From an uncultured Candidatus Saccharibacteria bacterium (GTDB taxonomy: Bacteria > Patescibacteriota > Minisyncoccia > Phycocordibacterales > UBA1006), in contig CAZROP010000001.1 in NCBI GenBank assembly GCA_964601935.1, positions 275,661 through 339,660 on the forward strand: 64,000 nt of DNA, read 5' to 3'. Within the stretch, counting starts at the first letter, position 1. The number at the start of each line of letters is the position of its first letter. Positions 1-9,858 of this stretch are shown one piece after another. A program made the translations under genes and the position numbers. The notes beneath the pieces are model-generated. The model searched no databases. It was not told the DNA's origin and worked only from the letters and a program-made list of their open reading frames with translations.

Positions 1-43
1 CTATAACCTCAACTCAGCGCCTACTGATGAACATTCACCTGCA

Positions 44-427
44 ATGCAGGAGATTCTTGCTCAGTTAAAGACTATAAAAGAAGCAATAAATGTCCTGGAT
101 ACTCAGCAGGGTATTGATTTACTTAGTATTAAAATAAATGAGCTGGTGCAACACTTCGAGGATCCTGATAATTATAAACTCTACCTAGAACAATACCCAC
201 AAGTACAGTCTATCATTGAAGAACGAGTGGCAGAAGTCATAAATGTTCTGGGGGGCATGCATCATGCCGAGCACGATCCAGAGAAATTACAAGCCCTCCA
301 CGTTGCTCTAATAGAGGTATGGCAGACCATTATATGGATGCGGATGTTTAGAGATAACAACTATAGCCCCGTTGTTTCTTCAGAGGGGCTAGATGCGACA
401 GCCCCTACAATTATTGAGTCTAACTAA
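44..427 (+). CDS. hypothetical protein (may start upstream of window)
   Basis: 127-aa helical-looking ORF ending just before a bidirectional terminator; no motif recognised. Confidence 0.6.
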   Translation: MQEILAQLKTIKEAINVLDTQQGIDLLSIKINELVQHFEDPDNYKLYLEQYPQVQSIIEERVAEVINVLGGMHHAEHDPEKLQALHVALIEVWQTIIWMRMFRDNNYSPVVSSEGLDATAPTIIESN

Positions 428-436
428 TAATATACA

Positions 437-468
437 CTAAAAACTCCTGCTGGCGCAGGAGTTTTTAG
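437..468. terminator. bidirectional intrinsic terminator
   Basis: ctaaaaactcctgc-tggc-gcaggagtttttag perfect inverted repeat between convergent genes. Confidence 0.8.
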
Positions 469-484
469 TAGTGGCGATTGATAT

Positions 485-730
485 TTATTTCAATATTCCT
501 GCCTTTCGCAATGTCGCATCTACGCCATTTTTCTTCATGGTGCGCAGAGCACGAGTAGATACCGTCATACGGATAGATTCGCCGAGTTCTGGAACGAATA
601 TCTTTTTCGTCTGCAAATTAGCCCAACGTCGGCGAGCCGGTATAGGGTTATATTTAGTAGCACGTACGCGGTTAGAGTACCCTCCGCCTACCTGAGAATG
701 CTTGCCTGTTATGATGCATACTTTTGCCAT
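485..730 (-). CDS. rpmB: 50S ribosomal protein bL28
   Basis: MAKVCIITGK...RRRWANLQTKKIFVPELG...VSTRALRT is an L28 signature; start placed at ATG 730, inside the longer track ORF. Confidence 0.93.
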   Translation of the reverse strand: MAKVCIITGKHSQVGGGYSNRVRATKYNPIPARRRWANLQTKKIFVPELGESIRMTVSTRALRTMKKNGVDATLRKAGILK

Positions 731-763
731 AATAGAATTGATGCTATCATATATTGGTAATCT

Positions 764-1372
764 ATGCAAGACATCTCCCAATCCATTATCTCCCTTGTTA
801 TACTCATTTTCTCTACTGCATTGCACGAGGTGGCGCATGGTCTGGCAGCCCTCTATTTCGGAGATAAAACCGCATTGCGTGCAGGACGACTGTCGCTGAA
901 TCCTTTATCCCATATCGATCCATTTGGATCAGTACTGCTGCCTTTTGCACTGTTTATGCTAGGGTCACCCTTCGTATTCGGCTGGGCAAAGCCTGTACCT
1001 GTAAATCCTGCAAATTTACGCACTAAAAGCGCCTCCGCCTGGGTTGCGCTAGCAGGACCTGTGACCAACCTAGTATTAGCAGGAACAGCGGGACTGGTGA
1101 TGCGGATATGGGGTGCAGGACTGCCGCCAGCATTCCAGCAGTTTTTGCTACTAGTAGTAATTATTAACACGGTACTGATGGTATTCAATATGATTCCATT
1201 GCCGCCATTTGACGGATATCATGTGTTTGGATATCTACTGCGTATTCCATCGCGTGTGTATGACTGGTGTATGCGATATGGGTTCATCATGATTGTTATC
1301 GCAGTATTATTGTTTCAGCGATACTTGGATGGTGTAGTGCTATGGTTCGCGAGAGTATTTGCGGGGGTGTAG
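764..1372 (+). CDS. site-2 protease (peptidase M50) family membrane metalloprotease
   Basis: HEVAH zinc motif, GPVTN and FNMIPLPPFDG motifs, multiple TM segments. Confidence 0.93.
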   Translation: MQDISQSIISLVILIFSTALHEVAHGLAALYFGDKTALRAGRLSLNPLSHIDPFGSVLLPFALFMLGSPFVFGWAKPVPVNPANLRTKSASAWVALAGPVTNLVLAGTAGLVMRIWGAGLPPAFQQFLLLVVIINTVLMVFNMIPLPPFDGYHVFGYLLRIPSRVYDWCMRYGFIMIVIAVLLFQRYLDGVVLWFARVFAGV

Positions 1373-1392
1373 TAAGTTTTGTTGGGTAGTTT

Positions 1393-1521
1393 TCCGTCTT
1401 CCTAGCCTCCGAGCTGGGATGTGCAAAATAATGAGCTAGAGCGAATATATTTTGCCATGCAAAGCTCCAGGAGTTAGAAAGATACACAGGGGTGTTATAA
1501 GTATGCTGAATCCTGGAAGAC
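1393..1521. repeat. CGTC-type palindromic repeat, family A copy 1
   Basis: Termini gtcttcc...ggaagac; internal gctgggatgtgcaaaataatgagc...gcgaatatattttgccatgcaaagctccag shared with 13355-13518. Confidence 0.85.
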
Positions 1522-1624
1522 AAACAAAGAAGAACCGCTATACTTCAAGTGCCTCTCTTGATAATATTGGTGAATTGAACAGAGAACACTCGAACAACTA
1601 CTTCGGGAATGGTATACTTTACAC

Positions 1625-2215
1625 ATGGATACTCATCATACATTTCTATTCTTTGGTCGATCAGGATGCGGAAAGGGAACTCAGGCAGGACTCATAAAGC
1701 AACGTCTCGAATCGCAGGGGCGCGAGGTATTGTATATCGAAACAGGGCGCGAATTACGCAGTTTTGCAGAAGAAAAAAATACCACAGCAGAATTAGTTGG
1801 AGAAGTTATGAATAACGGAGATTTTCTTCCTCCGTTTGTGCCGATCTGGATCTGGACCAACGCATTGATTCGAAAGTTTGATAATACACAGGATCTCATA
1901 CTGGACGGGCTGGCGCGACGTCTGCACGAGGCACCAATACTGGATAGCGCTTTACGTTTTTATGGTCGTACCAATGTACATGTGGTTCATATTAATGTAA
2001 CTCCAGCCTGGTCGCGAGAGCGCATGCTGGCACGACAGCGTGCTGACGATAACCCTGATGACGTCGAACGACGCCTCCATGCATTTGAATTGAACGCTTT
2101 ACCAGTACTGGAGTATTTCAAAAATCAGAAGGGCTATGATTATTTCGAAGTAGACGGAATGCAAAGTATTGAGTCAGTGCATCATGATATCGTAGGGCAT
2201 ATATGGGGAGAGTAG
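1625..2215 (+). CDS. adk: adenylate/nucleoside monophosphate kinase (short-LID type)
   Basis: GRSGCGKGTQA P-loop, ILDGLAR, R.RADD motifs; upstream of map. Confidence 0.88.
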   Translation: MDTHHTFLFFGRSGCGKGTQAGLIKQRLESQGREVLYIETGRELRSFAEEKNTTAELVGEVMNNGDFLPPFVPIWIWTNALIRKFDNTQDLILDGLARRLHEAPILDSALRFYGRTNVHVVHINVTPAWSRERMLARQRADDNPDDVERRLHAFELNALPVLEYFKNQKGYDYFEVDGMQSIESVHHDIVGHIWGE

Positions 2216-2256
2216 ACATTATTGTCATCCTGCCAGTTTTGTTGTAGTATCACCTC

Positions 2257-3039
2257 ATGAAGCCTAATATAAAGTCACAGGAAGAGTTAGAGATATTGCG
2301 CGCAGGAGGTGCTCGATTGGGTGCTATTGTAGAGCGTCTGTGTGCCTCTGTGCGTCCTGGCATGACCACATTGGATATCGATAACCAGGCGCGGGAATTA
2401 ATTGCGCAGGTGGGTGGAGAATCTGCCTTTCTAGGATATCGTCCTCATGGCGTCACGCGCCCCTATCCTGCCAGCGTATGTGTATCGATCAATGATGAGG
2501 TGGTACACGGTATTCCTTCTGCCAGTAAAGTATTAGTAGAGGGTGATATAGTAACTATCGATTGTGGGTTACGTTATCAGGGACTATACACAGATCATGC
2601 GGTCACTGTTGCGATCGGAACTATCCCTGAAGCACAACAGAAGTTGGTAGATATATGTCGTGATGCTCTGTATATAGGTATAGATGCCTGCAGTGTTGGT
2701 GCTACGAGCCTGGACCCTGGACGAGATATTCAGCAATTCGTTGCAGGGCGTTATGGCATTGTACGCGAATTGTCAGGGCATGGGGTAGGATATGCGGTAC
2801 ACGAGGACCCATTTGTACCTAATTATGCAATGCGGGGGCGTGGCGCAGTACTGCATCCTGGAATGGTGTTAGCTATAGAACCAATGCTGACCATAGGATC
2901 TGCCAGCGTCATTTTCCTGGACGATGAATATACGGTGGTTACCGAATCAGGAAATAGGGCAGCACATTTCGAGCATACTATTATAGTTACAGCCCAGGGT
3001 CCTGAAATTATTACAGAATCAGGGTTATACGTGTTATAA
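2257..3039 (+). CDS. map: type I methionine aminopeptidase
   Basis: SINDEVVHGIP, GDIVTIDCG, GHGVG..VHEDP, AIEPM, AAHFEHT. Confidence 0.97.
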   Translation: MKPNIKSQEELEILRAGGARLGAIVERLCASVRPGMTTLDIDNQARELIAQVGGESAFLGYRPHGVTRPYPASVCVSINDEVVHGIPSASKVLVEGDIVTIDCGLRYQGLYTDHAVTVAIGTIPEAQQKLVDICRDALYIGIDACSVGATSLDPGRDIQQFVAGRYGIVRELSGHGVGYAVHEDPFVPNYAMRGRGAVLHPGMVLAIEPMLTIGSASVIFLDDEYTVVTESGNRAAHFEHTIIVTAQGPEIITESGLYVL

Positions 3040-3073
3040 TTCAGCAGACCTATCGTGGGTCCTGAAATTATTA
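2997..3073 (+). repeat. 17-bp direct repeat gggtcctgaaattatta at 2997 and 3057
   Basis: Exact copies 60 nt apart, one inside the map 3' end and one just downstream. Confidence 0.75.
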
Positions 3074-3125
3074 TTAGAATATAGAATTTTCTATCCTTTG
3101 GGACAATTTAATATCATTTATCTCT

Positions 3126-3860
3126 ATGAGCTCTCTTTCAATCACATCAATATCACAGCAGGTATGGAGTATTTACAAACGTCACTGGAAAGTGCTTTTG
3201 ATTGCATCGCTAATACCGTTCGTTGTTTCTCTACTGCAGCAATTCGTATTCGACTCATCGATCGGAGGATCTGCAGTATCACTTCTCGCAGGCATCCTCG
3301 GGTTCTTGTCCTACGTATATCAAACCTCGTATATTATCAAAGTTCATTCTGGTAGTACTCCAGATTCCAAACAGCATCTGCGAGCAATGAACGTTCGTCA
3401 ACTATGGCGTATACTGCGTACCAATATCTGGATGGGATTTATCATTCTATGGCCCGTGTTTATATTGATTGCTGTTGCCGGTGTACTAGGGTTTGTTATC
3501 ACAAGTGATTCTTTTTCAGGAACTACAGTATCATTGATTGCTATGGGCATAGCAGCTGTTGTAGGTGCGATCATTGCATTTATTCGATCGCTATCATACA
3601 TATTGATGATGTATCTCGCATTCACAACATCCGACAAAGTTCGTACACTCCCCAAGACATCCAAGAACTTTATGCATAATCACAAAATAAAGTTTCTCAA
3701 GCTGGTCTTGTTGCAGGTGGCATTAGGAATTGTCGGTATGCTGACATTTGTCCTGATGCCCGTTGTTCAGTCGCTGATATTTATTTCAATTGTGGTATTT
3801 GCAGAACGAGTGATTGCGCAGCGGCGTGCTCCTCATGCCGAAGTCGTTAATCCAGAATAA
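3126..3860 (+). CDS. multi-pass membrane protein of unknown function
   Basis: About 6 hydrophobic segments, 244 aa. Confidence 0.8.
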   Translation: MSSLSITSISQQVWSIYKRHWKVLLIASLIPFVVSLLQQFVFDSSIGGSAVSLLAGILGFLSYVYQTSYIIKVHSGSTPDSKQHLRAMNVRQLWRILRTNIWMGFIILWPVFILIAVAGVLGFVITSDSFSGTTVSLIAMGIAAVVGAIIAFIRSLSYILMMYLAFTTSDKVRTLPKTSKNFMHNHKIKFLKLVLLQVALGIVGMLTFVLMPVVQSLIFISIVVFAERVIAQRRAPHAEVVNPE

Positions 3861-3879
3861 TTACAATCTATTGCTCTCT

Positions 3880-3920
3880 ATAATAAAACACCCGGAGTTT
3901 TGTTCCGGGTGTTTTATTAT
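3880..3920. terminator. bidirectional intrinsic terminator
   Basis: ataataaaacacccgga...tccgggtgttttattat inverted repeat between convergent genes. Confidence 0.85.
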
Positions 3921-3936
3921 TGTCTTTATCTCCGAT

Positions 3937-6555
3937 CTACTGAATTGTAATAGGTACTTCAGTTATTGTTTTGTTCCAGATTTGGTCTGCTACGATTATG
4001 CGCAAGGTCGCGGGTCCAGGAGTTGTTTCTGGTATCGAGAATGTGATGACGCCGGATACAGTATTAGATTGTGTTACTAATTCATCGTTTATAAATACCT
4101 GTATCGATTGCAATGGGTAGTTTGCTGTTGTCTGATACTGCAAGGTTGTTTCCGTGTCACTGGATAATGGGCCCGGTAGCGGAGCAACTGATACTACGGG
4201 TAAATTGGCCTGAATGTGTACGTTGTCGTACTCGGTAGGTTTTACTGTCGCTGCCGTGGGTACTTTGTCTCCGTTTTTGGCAACCCACTTTTTGACTCCA
4301 TAGCTCCAGTTACGATACATGTGACTGGAGAGGTCACCAATGCCTCCGCGTGCATTACCGGGAGTGACGTAGGCGAGGATAGTATCTGTCGTGCCGAGTA
4401 CATATTCCTTGCGTGTTTCGACAGGCGTCATATCTGTTGCAAGTTTTCCTGATACTGTGTCAACGGTAAATGCATCATTGCCATACCAGTATCCTCGCAG
4501 TACTGCAGGTAGCGTAGGATCAGGTGGGGCAGGTGGAACGAACGAGGTGCGAGCCCCTATATTTTTCAGACTTTCTGTCATCACATCACGCCAGAGTGGT
4601 ATAGCGATCGAGGAGCCTTTTTTCATCGGAGTGTTGTCATTATTTCCAACCCATACGCCAACCGCAACATCGGGGGTGTATCCCATGAGCCACGCGTCAC
4701 GATTGTTGTTGGTAGTACCTGTTTTCGCAGCAACCGGTACCCCAAATCCGTTTAGGGCGTTTCCTGACAATGGACGCCGCGCCTCTGGGTCTGAAAGTAT
4801 TGACGATAGCATGCGTGCTGCCTCGGCAGATACTGCTTGTACAGCGCGTGGAGTATAGCTAAATAGAACTTTATCATCCGCTTTTGACTGGATTTTCAGG
4901 ATGCCATGCGCAGGGGTATAGATACCATCAGCAGCAAATGCAGCATATGCTGCCGTCAGATCCAGTGGACGAACTTCACCGCCTCCCAGCACGAGAGAAA
5001 GTCCGTACAGACCGGTAGAGCCCAGTGACTGCATACCGAGAGTCTTTGCAAGCTGCAGTGCACGCGTAGGAGTTACGAGGTAGAGTAATTTCACAGCAGG
5101 AATGTTGCGTGATTCTGCTAATGCTGTGCGTAGAGAAATAGGTCCACGGAATGCACCATCATAGTTGTCGGGTGCGTAACATGAGCCGTCTTTTGACGTG
5201 GTGATATTCGATGGCTCGCATCCTGTGCCGAACTGTGTTGCAACATCGAATAGCACAGTATCAGGATTATAGCCCATTTCAAACGCTGCTGCGTATACGA
5301 TTGATTTAAATGCTGATCCAGGTTGTCGTTTCGCTAGGGTGACATTGTATTTACCATCTACATTCTCATCTTCGTATCCTCGTGATCCTACCATTGCTAA
5401 TATGTCACCCGTGCGAGGTTGTATTACGGTAACGGCTGCGTTCGATGCGTTGTACGCTGCTTCGTTTTCGAGTGCGCGCTTTGCTGCAGACTCTTCTGCA
5501 ACTTTTTGGATATCCCAATCTAGAGTTGTGATAACTTTGAATCCACCTGTAGTCATTGCCTCTGATCCATACTGTCGTTCAATTTGCTGGCGTACGTACT
5601 CTACAAAATGCAGCGCCTTCGAATCATTGTCTTTTTTCTCTATGAATACTACGCGTTCGGTAATCGCAGCAGAATATTCTGCTGATGTTATCAATTTGTT
5701 CTGTAACATTTCTTTTAGCACATAGTTTTTTCGATACTCTAATTCTTCACGGTGTTTTCCGTACGGTGATAGATATGAAGGACGATTTACAATAGCTGCC
5801 AAATACGCTGCCTGTGCAGTTGTGAGATCAGTCGCAGTAGTATTAAAGAAGTGGCGTGCTGCAGCCTCGACCCCGTAAATGTTTCCTCCAAAAGGAACTT
5901 CATTGAGATAGATCGTGAGAATCTCATCCTTGTCATAGACCTGTTCCAATTTGGTTGCGAGAATCCATTCTTTTACTTTGCGAACTATACTATGGTCCGA
6001 TGTCAGGATGGTATTTTTTAACACCTGTTGGGTGATAGTTGATCCACCTGATCCGCGTACCGGCAACCCGAGTTTTGCGAGAACAGTATTGGTTGCACCG
6101 CGCAGAGTTGAGTCAATACGTACACCTTTGTGTTCATAAAATTTTGTATCTTCTGCCGCAACGACAGCTTTCTTCATAACAGGTGCTATTTTTTCTGATT
6201 TTACCTCGGTGCGTTCCGCGGATTCAACTACGTCATACAGAATGATTTCGCCAGTACGATCGTATATAGTTGTACTATTGGATGACGCACGTTCCTGGAA
6301 TGTAGTGAGACTGGGTATTGATAGCGTAGACATCCATATTGCTGCAGAGCCCATTCCAACCAGGCTGACAGCACCGAGTGTAGGCCAAAACCACGGTTCA
6401 GATTTATGAGTGGACTTTGCATCTTTCACAAATGCGCGTTTGCGCTGTAGTAATGATTCTAGAGTTGACCCGCGTTTTCGTGGCGAGACTGACTCCCAAT
6501 TTGGACTCGTAAAGTCAGATGGGTTGTGTAGTGAATTGTTGCGTACATTGTTCAT
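3937..6555 (-). CDS. mrcA: class A penicillin-binding protein (PBP1A family) with C-terminal Ig-like extension
   Basis: Transglycosylase motifs EDTKFYEHKG, GGSTITQQ, RKVKE; transpeptidase SAFK, SRN, KTGT; start placed at MNNVRN (6555) because the longer ORF crosses a terminator. Confidence 0.93.
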   Translation of the reverse strand: MNNVRNNSLHNPSDFTSPNWESVSPRKRGSTLESLLQRKRAFVKDAKSTHKSEPWFWPTLGAVSLVGMGSAAIWMSTLSIPSLTTFQERASSNSTTIYDRTGEIILYDVVESAERTEVKSEKIAPVMKKAVVAAEDTKFYEHKGVRIDSTLRGATNTVLAKLGLPVRGSGGSTITQQVLKNTILTSDHSIVRKVKEWILATKLEQVYDKDEILTIYLNEVPFGGNIYGVEAAARHFFNTTATDLTTAQAAYLAAIVNRPSYLSPYGKHREELEYRKNYVLKEMLQNKLITSAEYSAAITERVVFIEKKDNDSKALHFVEYVRQQIERQYGSEAMTTGGFKVITTLDWDIQKVAEESAAKRALENEAAYNASNAAVTVIQPRTGDILAMVGSRGYEDENVDGKYNVTLAKRQPGSAFKSIVYAAAFEMGYNPDTVLFDVATQFGTGCEPSNITTSKDGSCYAPDNYDGAFRGPISLRTALAESRNIPAVKLLYLVTPTRALQLAKTLGMQSLGSTGLYGLSLVLGGGEVRPLDLTAAYAAFAADGIYTPAHGILKIQSKADDKVLFSYTPRAVQAVSAEAARMLSSILSDPEARRPLSGNALNGFGVPVAAKTGTTNNNRDAWLMGYTPDVAVGVWVGNNDNTPMKKGSSIAIPLWRDVMTESLKNIGARTSFVPPAPPDPTLPAVLRGYWYGNDAFTVDTVSGKLATDMTPVETRKEYVLGTTDTILAYVTPGNARGGIGDLSSHMYRNWSYGVKKWVAKNGDKVPTAATVKPTEYDNVHIQANLPVVSVAPLPGPLSSDTETTLQYQTTANYPLQSIQVFINDELVTQSNTVSGVITFSIPETTPGPATLRIIVADQIWNKTITEVPITIQ

Positions 6556-6646
6556 AAGTGTAATAGTACAAGTATACAGGAATAGTGTAGAAATATCACG
6601 CTCTTGGTAGGGTGTAGTTGTGTCAACTTCCGTATGGTCTGTCATT

Positions 6647-6689
6647 AAAATAACCTCTCGATTGCTGTGCAATCGAGAGGTTATTTTTT
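6647..6689. terminator. intrinsic terminator
   Basis: aaaataacctctcgattgc-tgt-gcaatcgagaggttatttt inverted repeat just downstream of 6704-7153. Confidence 0.85.
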
Positions 6690-6703
6690 GGAGATGCAGA
6701 CAA

Positions 6704-7153
6704 TTATATTGCTTCGGTTCCGCTGCCAGATGTTGTATCCCCTGCAGTTTCTGCTCGGCCGCCACGGCACTGGCCTGTCGATGATTTGTAGGTTGCCCAT
6801 GCCTTTTGACGGGCAGACTTTAGTTCATTGTGGTTGGCTCTGCTCGCGGTGCGATGGGCGCTCCACACTACTTTACGTGCATCGGTACGTTCGCGTGCAG
6901 TACCGCGAGACAGAGCCTCGATAAGCCCAGTTTTGCGAGCTGCCAGTAACTGGGTCTGAGTCTGGGTGAATTTTGCAAAAGCACCCGCTAGAGCATCTTC
7001 GCGAATAGTAAGGGCGGTTGCAACACACGTTTGATCGAATGTTGTCTGGGTCTGGGCAGAAGAGTTGCTGTTAACCTTGTCGTTCAGCTGTGCAAATGAT
7101 GCCACAGGAACAGTAATAACAATGAGCAGGGCAACAGAAATTGATGTTTTCAT
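6704..7153 (-). CDS. secreted helical protein of unknown function
   Basis: Signal peptide MKTSISVALL...ASFA, two Cys, Ala/Arg-rich helical body. Confidence 0.8.
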   Translation of the reverse strand: MKTSISVALLIVITVPVASFAQLNDKVNSNSSAQTQTTFDQTCVATALTIREDALAGAFAKFTQTQTQLLAARKTGLIEALSRGTARERTDARKVVWSAHRTASRANHNELKSARQKAWATYKSSTGQCRGGRAETAGDTTSGSGTEAI

Positions 7154-7320
7154 AGATACTTTGAATGGATAACAGATTATGTAATTCTACTAATAAACCT
7201 AGTATACGCCTATTTTGGGAAAACGGCACTAGACAATAACTTCACAGGTGTGGATAATCTGTCTAATAAGCGGCTTTTGCTAGGTATTCCAAGACTCTTT
7301 AACGTCCCTGAGCTGAGATC

Positions 7321-7830
7321 TTATTTTCGATGATGCGCAAAATGGGTAATTCCTATAGCTATTGCATCGATTTCGTCGTCGATACCTGTCGAGGTGCCGC
7401 CCATAGCTTTTTGCCGGGCTATACGGTCAAATTGGATGATTTTTTCAGTCATATAGGCTACCGAGTCCTTTGTTGCGCGACCATCGCCTGTGAGAGAGAT
7501 TTTGACCTGTAGAGGCGTGTATTCGTATACAGGTATACCAGAACACATGGCAGCATATTTAATGACTCCACGCGCTTCTGATACACCCATGACAGTTTTT
7601 TGATTAGTAGTGAAAAATACCGTTTCAATAGCGAGGGCGGTAGGCGAGTATTCGTGAATTAATGCAGTAATGCGCTTGCCTATAGCCAGTATTCGTTGAT
7701 CCAGTGAGGCTGATTTGTCCGTGGTAAAGCATTCAGAGTATATCAATGTTTCGCGCCCCTGAATCCTGTTCAGAATAGCAATCCCTACACGATCATATCC
7801 AGGGTCTACTGAAATAATAGTAGTGTCCAT
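7321..7830 (-). CDS. ruvC: Holliday junction resolvase RuvC
   Basis: ISVDPGYDRVG, AIETVFF, EARGV, YTPLQVK..LTGDGRATK, DDEIDAIAIG. Confidence 0.95.
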   Translation of the reverse strand: MDTTIISVDPGYDRVGIAILNRIQGRETLIYSECFTTDKSASLDQRILAIGKRITALIHEYSPTALAIETVFFTTNQKTVMGVSEARGVIKYAAMCSGIPVYEYTPLQVKISLTGDGRATKDSVAYMTEKIIQFDRIARQKAMGGTSTGIDDEIDAIAIGITHFAHHRK

Positions 7831-7880
7831 AGAGGGTATCATAGCATATTCAAGAGTGGCGTCTTTTAGTCTGGATATAC

Positions 7881-7916
7881 AAAAATTCCCTTCCTCTGCA
7901 ATGGGAAGGGAATTTT
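7881..7916 (-). terminator. intrinsic terminator of ECF cassette
   Basis: aaaattcccttcc...ggaagggaatttt inverted repeat after the stop at 7932. Confidence 0.75.
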
Positions 7917-7931
7917 CTGGGTGAATAGAAA

Positions 7932-8753
7932 TTAGCTTTTTATCTCTACACTCTTTGGTCCGAAGAATTTATTCATTACTCTTTTGATTGCATTGGGTTT
8001 TTTCGGGTGCTGTGCGTTAGGGAGAGTTTTTGCTAGTTCAGTTTTGGCTGACTCCAAAGAAGTTTTAAAAGTATCTTCTATCTTTTTTGTTTCTGTCTGA
8101 TGTAAATCACGGAGTTTCTTTACTTCGTCAGGTATAGTTTTGTCCTGGCGGATATCGCGGAATGAAGAATGCGCTGACTCCATTGTTTTTTTGAGTTCAG
8201 CCTTTACTGTTGCTGATGCTACGCCTGATGCACAGTCAGCTTTTGCCTTTGCGAGTGCTGCATCGAGTTTAACTTTCAAATCACTGATGCCAGTAGTTGT
8301 AAGACCTGTTTTTTCTTTGACCTTCGCATCTACTCGTGCGCGCTCTTGCGCAGTTAGTGTATCCACTGCTATTCGCTTTGCTGTTTCAGCTGCAGTCACC
8401 TGGGTGATGAATGTTTCTACGGCTGTTTTCTCTGCGTCGGTCGTTGCCTGTGCGCGAAGAGCTTCGAATCTCTTTGTTAAGTCATTGTTACGCTGCTCAT
8501 GGTTTTCTGACTTTATATCATCTTTTTTCTGGTGTTTATCGTCACGTTTTTCAGAGTGTTCTTGCGATTTTGTATCTACTTTTGTACTAATCTTACCGAG
8601 CATGCTGTCTTTTAATTCAGTGATTTTTGTGATGTTTGTACAGAAATCCCCCTTTGATAATTCAGTAGGTAGGGAAGGGCGTGGTTCTGCAAATGCAATA
8701 GGGCTGATGATGGCTGTTAATACAAATCCTGTAATGATACGAGTTGTTTTCAT
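7932..8753 (-). CDS. secreted Lys/Glu-rich coiled-coil protein
   Basis: Signal peptide ending AFA, long charged helical body, Cys pair; downstream of the sigma/anti-sigma pair. Confidence 0.8.
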   Translation of the reverse strand: MKTTRIITGFVLTAIISPIAFAEPRPSLPTELSKGDFCTNITKITELKDSMLGKISTKVDTKSQEHSEKRDDKHQKKDDIKSENHEQRNNDLTKRFEALRAQATTDAEKTAVETFITQVTAAETAKRIAVDTLTAQERARVDAKVKEKTGLTTTGISDLKVKLDAALAKAKADCASGVASATVKAELKKTMESAHSSFRDIRQDKTIPDEVKKLRDLHQTETKKIEDTFKTSLESAKTELAKTLPNAQHPKKPNAIKRVMNKFFGPKSVEIKS

Positions 8754-8785
8754 AAGTGCTTGATTATTTTTTATTAGACGAAAGA

Positions 8786-9193
8786 CTATAGTATTCCATT
8801 CAGGGATACTGTATCAGTATACACGAGATCAGATACTGTTTGTAGTTGATTAATAATAACTGCTGTATCGTCCCATAACTCTGTATTAGTGGAGTGTGAG
8901 GTACTGTTGCTAATAATACTATCCGCACTAGATAATAACGGGTTGTCAGTCGTAGATGTGTATATCAGAGATGATCCAGTTGCGATCAGTACCAGGCAAA
9001 GCGTTGTCACAAATGTGAGCCGACGAATACGAATGATAGAACGATAGGGGGACAGGCGTGGCAGTACACCAGCCTCATTACTATCACGGATAGTAGCAGG
9101 ATTTGTGACAGACTCCATGATGCGCGATTTCAGATGTTCTGGTGCGCGCACTAACTGCGAGGTCTGTTTAATACGGGAGGTAATTGATTCCAT
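8786..9193 (-). CDS. putative single-TM anti-sigma factor
   Basis: Overlaps the ECF sigma 3' end; APEHLKSRIM helix followed by one TM segment. Confidence 0.6.
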   Translation of the reverse strand: MESITSRIKQTSQLVRAPEHLKSRIMESVTNPATIRDSNEAGVLPRLSPYRSIIRIRRLTFVTTLCLVLIATGSSLIYTSTTDNPLLSSADSIISNSTSHSTNTELWDDTAVIINQLQTVSDLVYTDTVSLNGIL

Positions 9194-9695
9194 ACTTTGA
9201 TTGAAATAATTGTTTTACTTTTTGTAATGCTCGGCTGTGAATTTTTCTAATAGTTGGTTCGGGTTTGTGCAGTTGTCGTGATAATTCAGAATAGGAAAGG
9301 TCGTTAATGCTGTGTCCTATGATGATGGCGCGGTCAGTATCGGGTAATTGCTGCAGCATCTCTATTAACTGCTCTATATTGCGCTGCTTATGTGCTAGCT
9401 CGTCAGAGGTATCTGCATCAGATGCTAGATCGCATGCGTTGATATCAACAGGAATAATACGGGATCGTCGTCGGTAATAGTCGGTTATCAGATTGCGGGC
9501 AATGGTGTACAGTGCGCGTATACGGTGTTCGTCAGACTCGTAGGTCTCCCAGCGGGTGTGAACACGTACATAGGATTCCTGGGCGATATCACTGGCCACG
9601 TCACTATTGCCTGTCTTGAAGAGAATATGTCGGTATAATCCGTCACTGCTACGGTCGTAGAAGGATTCAAACTCTGATAACTGGCGTGTATCCAT
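9168..9695 (-). CDS. ECF-family RNA polymerase sigma factor
   Basis: Region 2 (ASDIAQESY, LYTIARNLITDYYR) and region 4 (LSYSELS...TIRKIHSRA). Confidence 0.92.
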   Translation of the reverse strand: MDTRQLSEFESFYDRSSDGLYRHILFKTGNSDVASDIAQESYVRVHTRWETYESDEHRIRALYTIARNLITDYYRRRSRIIPVDINACDLASDADTSDELAHKQRNIEQLIEMLQQLPDTDRAIIIGHSINDLSYSELSRQLHKPEPTIRKIHSRALQKVKQLFQSKYGINYLPY

Positions 9696-9818
9696 GTGGA
9701 TAGATTATATCATAGGAGGGTTGTTGTATAGGGATCGTCATAGGATGGATACTATTTCCACTAAAAAAACTACGCAGAAATGCGTAGTGTGTGACACGGT
9801 TTACTTTTTCACAGGCGA

Positions 9819-9855
9819 CTCCTCTTCTAGCCAGAGGGGGAAGACCGAAAGAGGT
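9819..9855. repeat. C/G-run palindromic repeat, family B
   Basis: ctcctcttctagccagaggggg hairpin; resembles the reverse complement of 15818-15848. Confidence 0.6.
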
Positions 9856-9858
9856 CAA

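Noticed and set aside
1296-1697. Similar short ORFs at 1296-1697 and 13276-13622
   Set aside because: The similarity comes from the family A palindromic repeat, not from genes.
6556-6765. 70-aa N-terminal extension of PBP1A in the ORF track
   Set aside because: It crosses a terminator and overlaps the upstream gene; ATG 6555 is the more plausible start.
7249-7257. DnaA box (tgtggataa) as replication origin
   Set aside because: Single perfect box; no box cluster or dnaA/dnaN nearby.
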